Positions 62,001 to 64,000 of a DNA stretch of 64,000 nt are shown one piece after another. The stretch is from positions 7,750,001 to 7,814,000 of the forward strand of contig CM059453.1 in assembly GCA_030390025.1 (NCBI GenBank). The letters are read 5' to 3'. Source of the stretch: Squalus acanthias (lineage: Eukaryota). The position numbers and the translations under genes are program-made. The notes beneath the pieces were generated by a model. That model was not told the DNA's origin and did not search any database. It saw only the letters and a program-made list of their open reading frames with translations. Position 1 is the stretch's first letter. Every line of letters begins with the position of its first letter.

Positions 62001-62241
62001 TTATTCTGGTACAGGAAGCGCACTGTCACCCGGTTCAGTATCTCCACATCTAATACACTACTTTCTGTTATAGAGACAAGACATGTATGGAGACACTGAT
62101 GTGAAAGGGGCTACATCAAACCGGTCAGCTCAAAGTGAAGAGGTCCTGTATGCCGCCGTCAGTTTTTCAAAAGTTCACAAGATAGAGCAATATCTCCAGA
62201 ACGAGGAGACAAGTGAATACGCCGCAATTAAATTTAAATGA
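47000..62241 (+). CDS. Gene C: Siglec/MAG-like inhibitory receptor (L-V-C2-C2-TM-ITIM/ITIM-like), 440 aa if the dead D3 exon is skipped
   Basis: Exons 47000-47042, 47437-47817, 49011-49322, 52098-52382, 56582-56666, 60641-60689 and 62074-62241 join in frame (1323 nt including stop). Confidence 0.8.
47437..47817 (+). CDS. Gene C V-set Siglec-type Ig domain
   Basis: [13 protein letters not shown]...YRGRAQFTGD...CSF...DEGVYYFI. Confidence 0.92.
48060..48770 (+). mobile_element. Second-family LINE 3' fragment
   Basis: Equivalent to 24030-24745. Confidence 0.85.
49011..49322 (+). CDS. Gene C Ig domain 2
   Basis: DKPWTSV...LTCSVTHSCPS...HHGKKLGC...LILDVK; intact splice sites. Confidence 0.92.
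49605..50285 (-). mobile_element. CR1-like LINE 3' fragment
   Basis: Minus ORF 49826-50194. Confidence 0.88.
50649..50906 (+). pseudogene. Gene C inactivated Ig domain 3 pseudo-exon
   Basis: Acceptor CAG changed to CAT (50646-50648) and in-frame TAA at 50816-50818; otherwise aligns to 30721-30978. Confidence 0.88.
51388..51845 (-). mobile_element. CR1/HER1-like 3' fragment
   Basis: Minus ORF ...[18 protein letters not shown]. Confidence 0.85.
52098..52382 (+). CDS. Gene C membrane-proximal Ig domain
   Basis: [33 protein letters not shown]...; 285 nt, phase 1-1. Confidence 0.9.
52643..54620. mobile_element. Cluster of CR1 3' fragments in both orientations
   Basis: Tails and ORF ends at ~52643-53000(-), 53186-53865(+, with an inverted tail inside) and 54250-54620(-). 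Confidence 0.78.
54715..56200 (+). mobile_element. CR1 LINE RT-3' fragment
   Basis: [24 protein letters not shown] motifs; (atgact)n tail. Confidence 0.92.
56582..56666 (+). CDS. Gene C transmembrane exon, uncharged (GTFPGEIVIPVLAAAGVILLILIVVMVRR)
   Basis: TAG acceptor ending 56581, AG|GTATGT phase-2 donor; flanks homologous to those of the gene B TM exon. Confidence 0.88.
60641..60689 (+). CDS. Gene C cytoplasmic exon 1; alternative donor after 60728
   Basis: (R)RKTRGTTGVLLTNNDS|GTGAGT. Confidence 0.75.
61315..61832 (-). mobile_element. Penelope-like 3' fragment with degenerate hammerhead (61379-61419)
   Basis: Paralogue of 4312-4775; minus strand reads cagttCTGATGAaaggtcatcgacctGAAActttacatctg. 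Confidence 0.78.
62074..62241 (+). CDS. Gene C terminal exon with ITIM (VLYAAV) and ITIM-like motif (SEYAAI)
   Basis: RQDMYGDTDVKGATSNRSAQSEEVLYAAVSFSKVHKIEQYLQNEETSEYAAIKFK*. Confidence 0.88.
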   Translation, partial: RQDMYGDTDVKGATSNRSAQSEEVLYAAVSFSKVHKIEQYLQNEETSEYAAIKFK

Positions 62242-62494
62242 AATCCACTATTCTGACAGATGGAATATATCAATATCAACACGACTGTTGTTATGACTTA
62301 GAATAGGAATTTCACATTCCAGGAATTACGTTGTGAATGGACATCTATCAGAGATTAATTGCTATGATTTCAATTCTCTTTGTGAGAAGATTTGATTTCC
62401 AATCCCAAATGAGTTTCTGTTGCAAGCCTCTGTCTGAAATTGAGCAATAAGCAATCTTTAACTCAATGTAATTTTAAACTATTGTATCTGCTTT

Positions 62495-62500
62495 AATAAA
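62495..62500 (+). terminator. Putative polyadenylation signal of gene C
   Basis: AATAAA at the same offset as in gene A. Confidence 0.6.
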
Positions 62501-64000
62501 ACAACCTCTCGGCATCTATCCTGTCAATCCCCTTCGGAATATTTTGTTTCAATGAGTTCACCTCTCATTCTTCTAAACTCCAGAGTGTCTAGTCCCATTC
62601 TACACAATCTCTCATCATAGGACAGCCCTCTCATCCCAGGAATCAATCTAGTGAACCTTCGTTGCACTGACTCCAAGGCAAGTATATCCTTCCTTAGATA
62701 ATGAGACCAAAACTGTACACATTACTCCAGGTGTGGTGTCAGCAAGGCCCTGTACAATCGTAGCAAGACTTCCTTACTCTTACACACCAACCCCTTGCAA
62801 TAAAGGCCAACATGCCATTTGCCTCCCTTATTGCTTGCTGTACCTGCATTCTATATTTCTGTGTTTCTTGCACGAGGACACCCAAATCTCACTGAACACC
62901 AGTATTTAAAAGGTTTGCAGCATTTAAAAAATATTCTGTTTTTCTATTCTTCCTACCAAAGTGAATAACCTCACATGTCACTGCATTATACTCCATCTGC
63001 CACCTTACTGCCCACTCACTTAGACTATCTATATCCCTTTACCGACACTTTGGTTTTTCCTCACAGCTAAATGCCCCACCTAGCTTTGTATCTTCAGAAA
63101 ACTTGGATACATTACACTCATTCCCTTCATGCAGGTCGTTAATAAAGATTGTAAATAGTTGAGGCCCCAACACTGATCTGGATTGAGCAAACTTTACGAG
63201 GCTCCTTTGATTAAATCACTGTGATCAGTAATGGAAGACAGCAGTTGACCCTTAACCTCAGCTGTATGCCAACAATTGCACAATCCTCTTATCTCCTGCA
63301 TGCAGATCTCATCTGAACTGATTCTGTTTCTCAATCTAATGATTAAGGTCGACGTGGCTTATTTGAGATCACGATTGCGTAGGGAATTGTTTCACACTGA
63401 TCAAATTAAAGGGACTTGTTCATGTAGATAAAACATGGCAATATTGTTTCATGCAGCATTGACACTCGAATGTAAAAGCTGAAGCCACACTTCCCAGATC
63501 CAGCACTGAAATGAGAAAACAAACATAAAAGGGTCACTGTGGCAACTGGGATACGAATGAGTTAATTTCACCAAATGTCATATCGCTGAAGTGTGAATAT
63601 AAACAGTTGAGGTCACTTCGAAAAATGGAAGTTTACCGTGTGAAACTGTCCAACTATTTTGAGCCTTTGACATTTCAGCCTGCTGAAGGTGAGAAACCCA
63701 CATGTCTGCAGAGAGCGGCTACAGAACAAACCACAGCATCTCGTTCACAGCACATTGGCAGCAAAGTACCTAAACGTATGAGAGATATGAGGCTAAAGTG
63801 TGCGCACGATGCTATTTTAGATATTCGAATCATAAAAGTTAGTTCCTGTCCTGTAACTGTGTAGCTGATGAGGGGGTAGGAGGGGTAATTCTCTGTTCGG
63901 GAGTCTTTGGCATTATGTTGATATCATCATAGCAAAAGTAATAACGATATCTAAGAAGGGGGATAGAACATTTCAAGGGAATTATAGACCAGTCAGCTTA

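Larger units (their letters stand above)
57659..64000 (+). repeat. Segmental duplication copy 2 (paralogous to 1-6939)
   Basis: Colinear high identity; includes SINE ~57826-58277(-) and CR1 fragments ~58600-59330(+), 59938-60535(-), 62502-63180(-). Confidence 0.97.

Noticed and set aside
22972-62241. Assigning gene symbols CD22, MAG, SIGLEC1 or SIGLEC15
   Set aside because: Domain number and tails match none of them one-to-one; orthology needs phylogeny and synteny.

Overview
Vertebrate genomic DNA, most likely a cartilaginous fish (HE1-type V-SINE, SacSINE1/DeuSINE-type SINEs, abundant HER1/CR1 LINEs, Penelope-like elements). Most ORF-track entries are retroelement debris. Under this lies a + strand tandem cluster of Siglec/MAG/CD22-like Ig-superfamily receptor genes, which I assembled exon by exon from splice sites and phases. 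Gene A: last two exons only (3629-5183), with an ITIM-bearing tail. Gene B (22972-37559): leader-V-C2-C2-C2-TM-short tail, 488 aa, with an Arg in the TM ([11 protein letters not shown]), an early stop and a decayed ITIM exon. Gene C (47000-62241): leader-V-C2-[dead C2]-C2-neutral TM-ITIM+ITIM-like tail, 440 aa if the dead exon is skipped. B and C have very similar promoters and ectodomains but opposite signalling ends, so they look like an activating/inhibitory paired-receptor cassette. The cassette appears tandemly repeated with a ~57-kb period (1-6939 recurs at 57659-64000). Both V domains lack the canonical sialic-acid-binding Arg. Also present: an orphan promoter+leader relic, a degenerate LTR element with a tRNA-Arg PBS and an env-like remnant, a Harbinger-type MITE, a Penelope element with a minimal hammerhead ribozyme nested in a CR1, and a 50-bp minisatellite. 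All counts were made by eye, and nothing was checked against databases.
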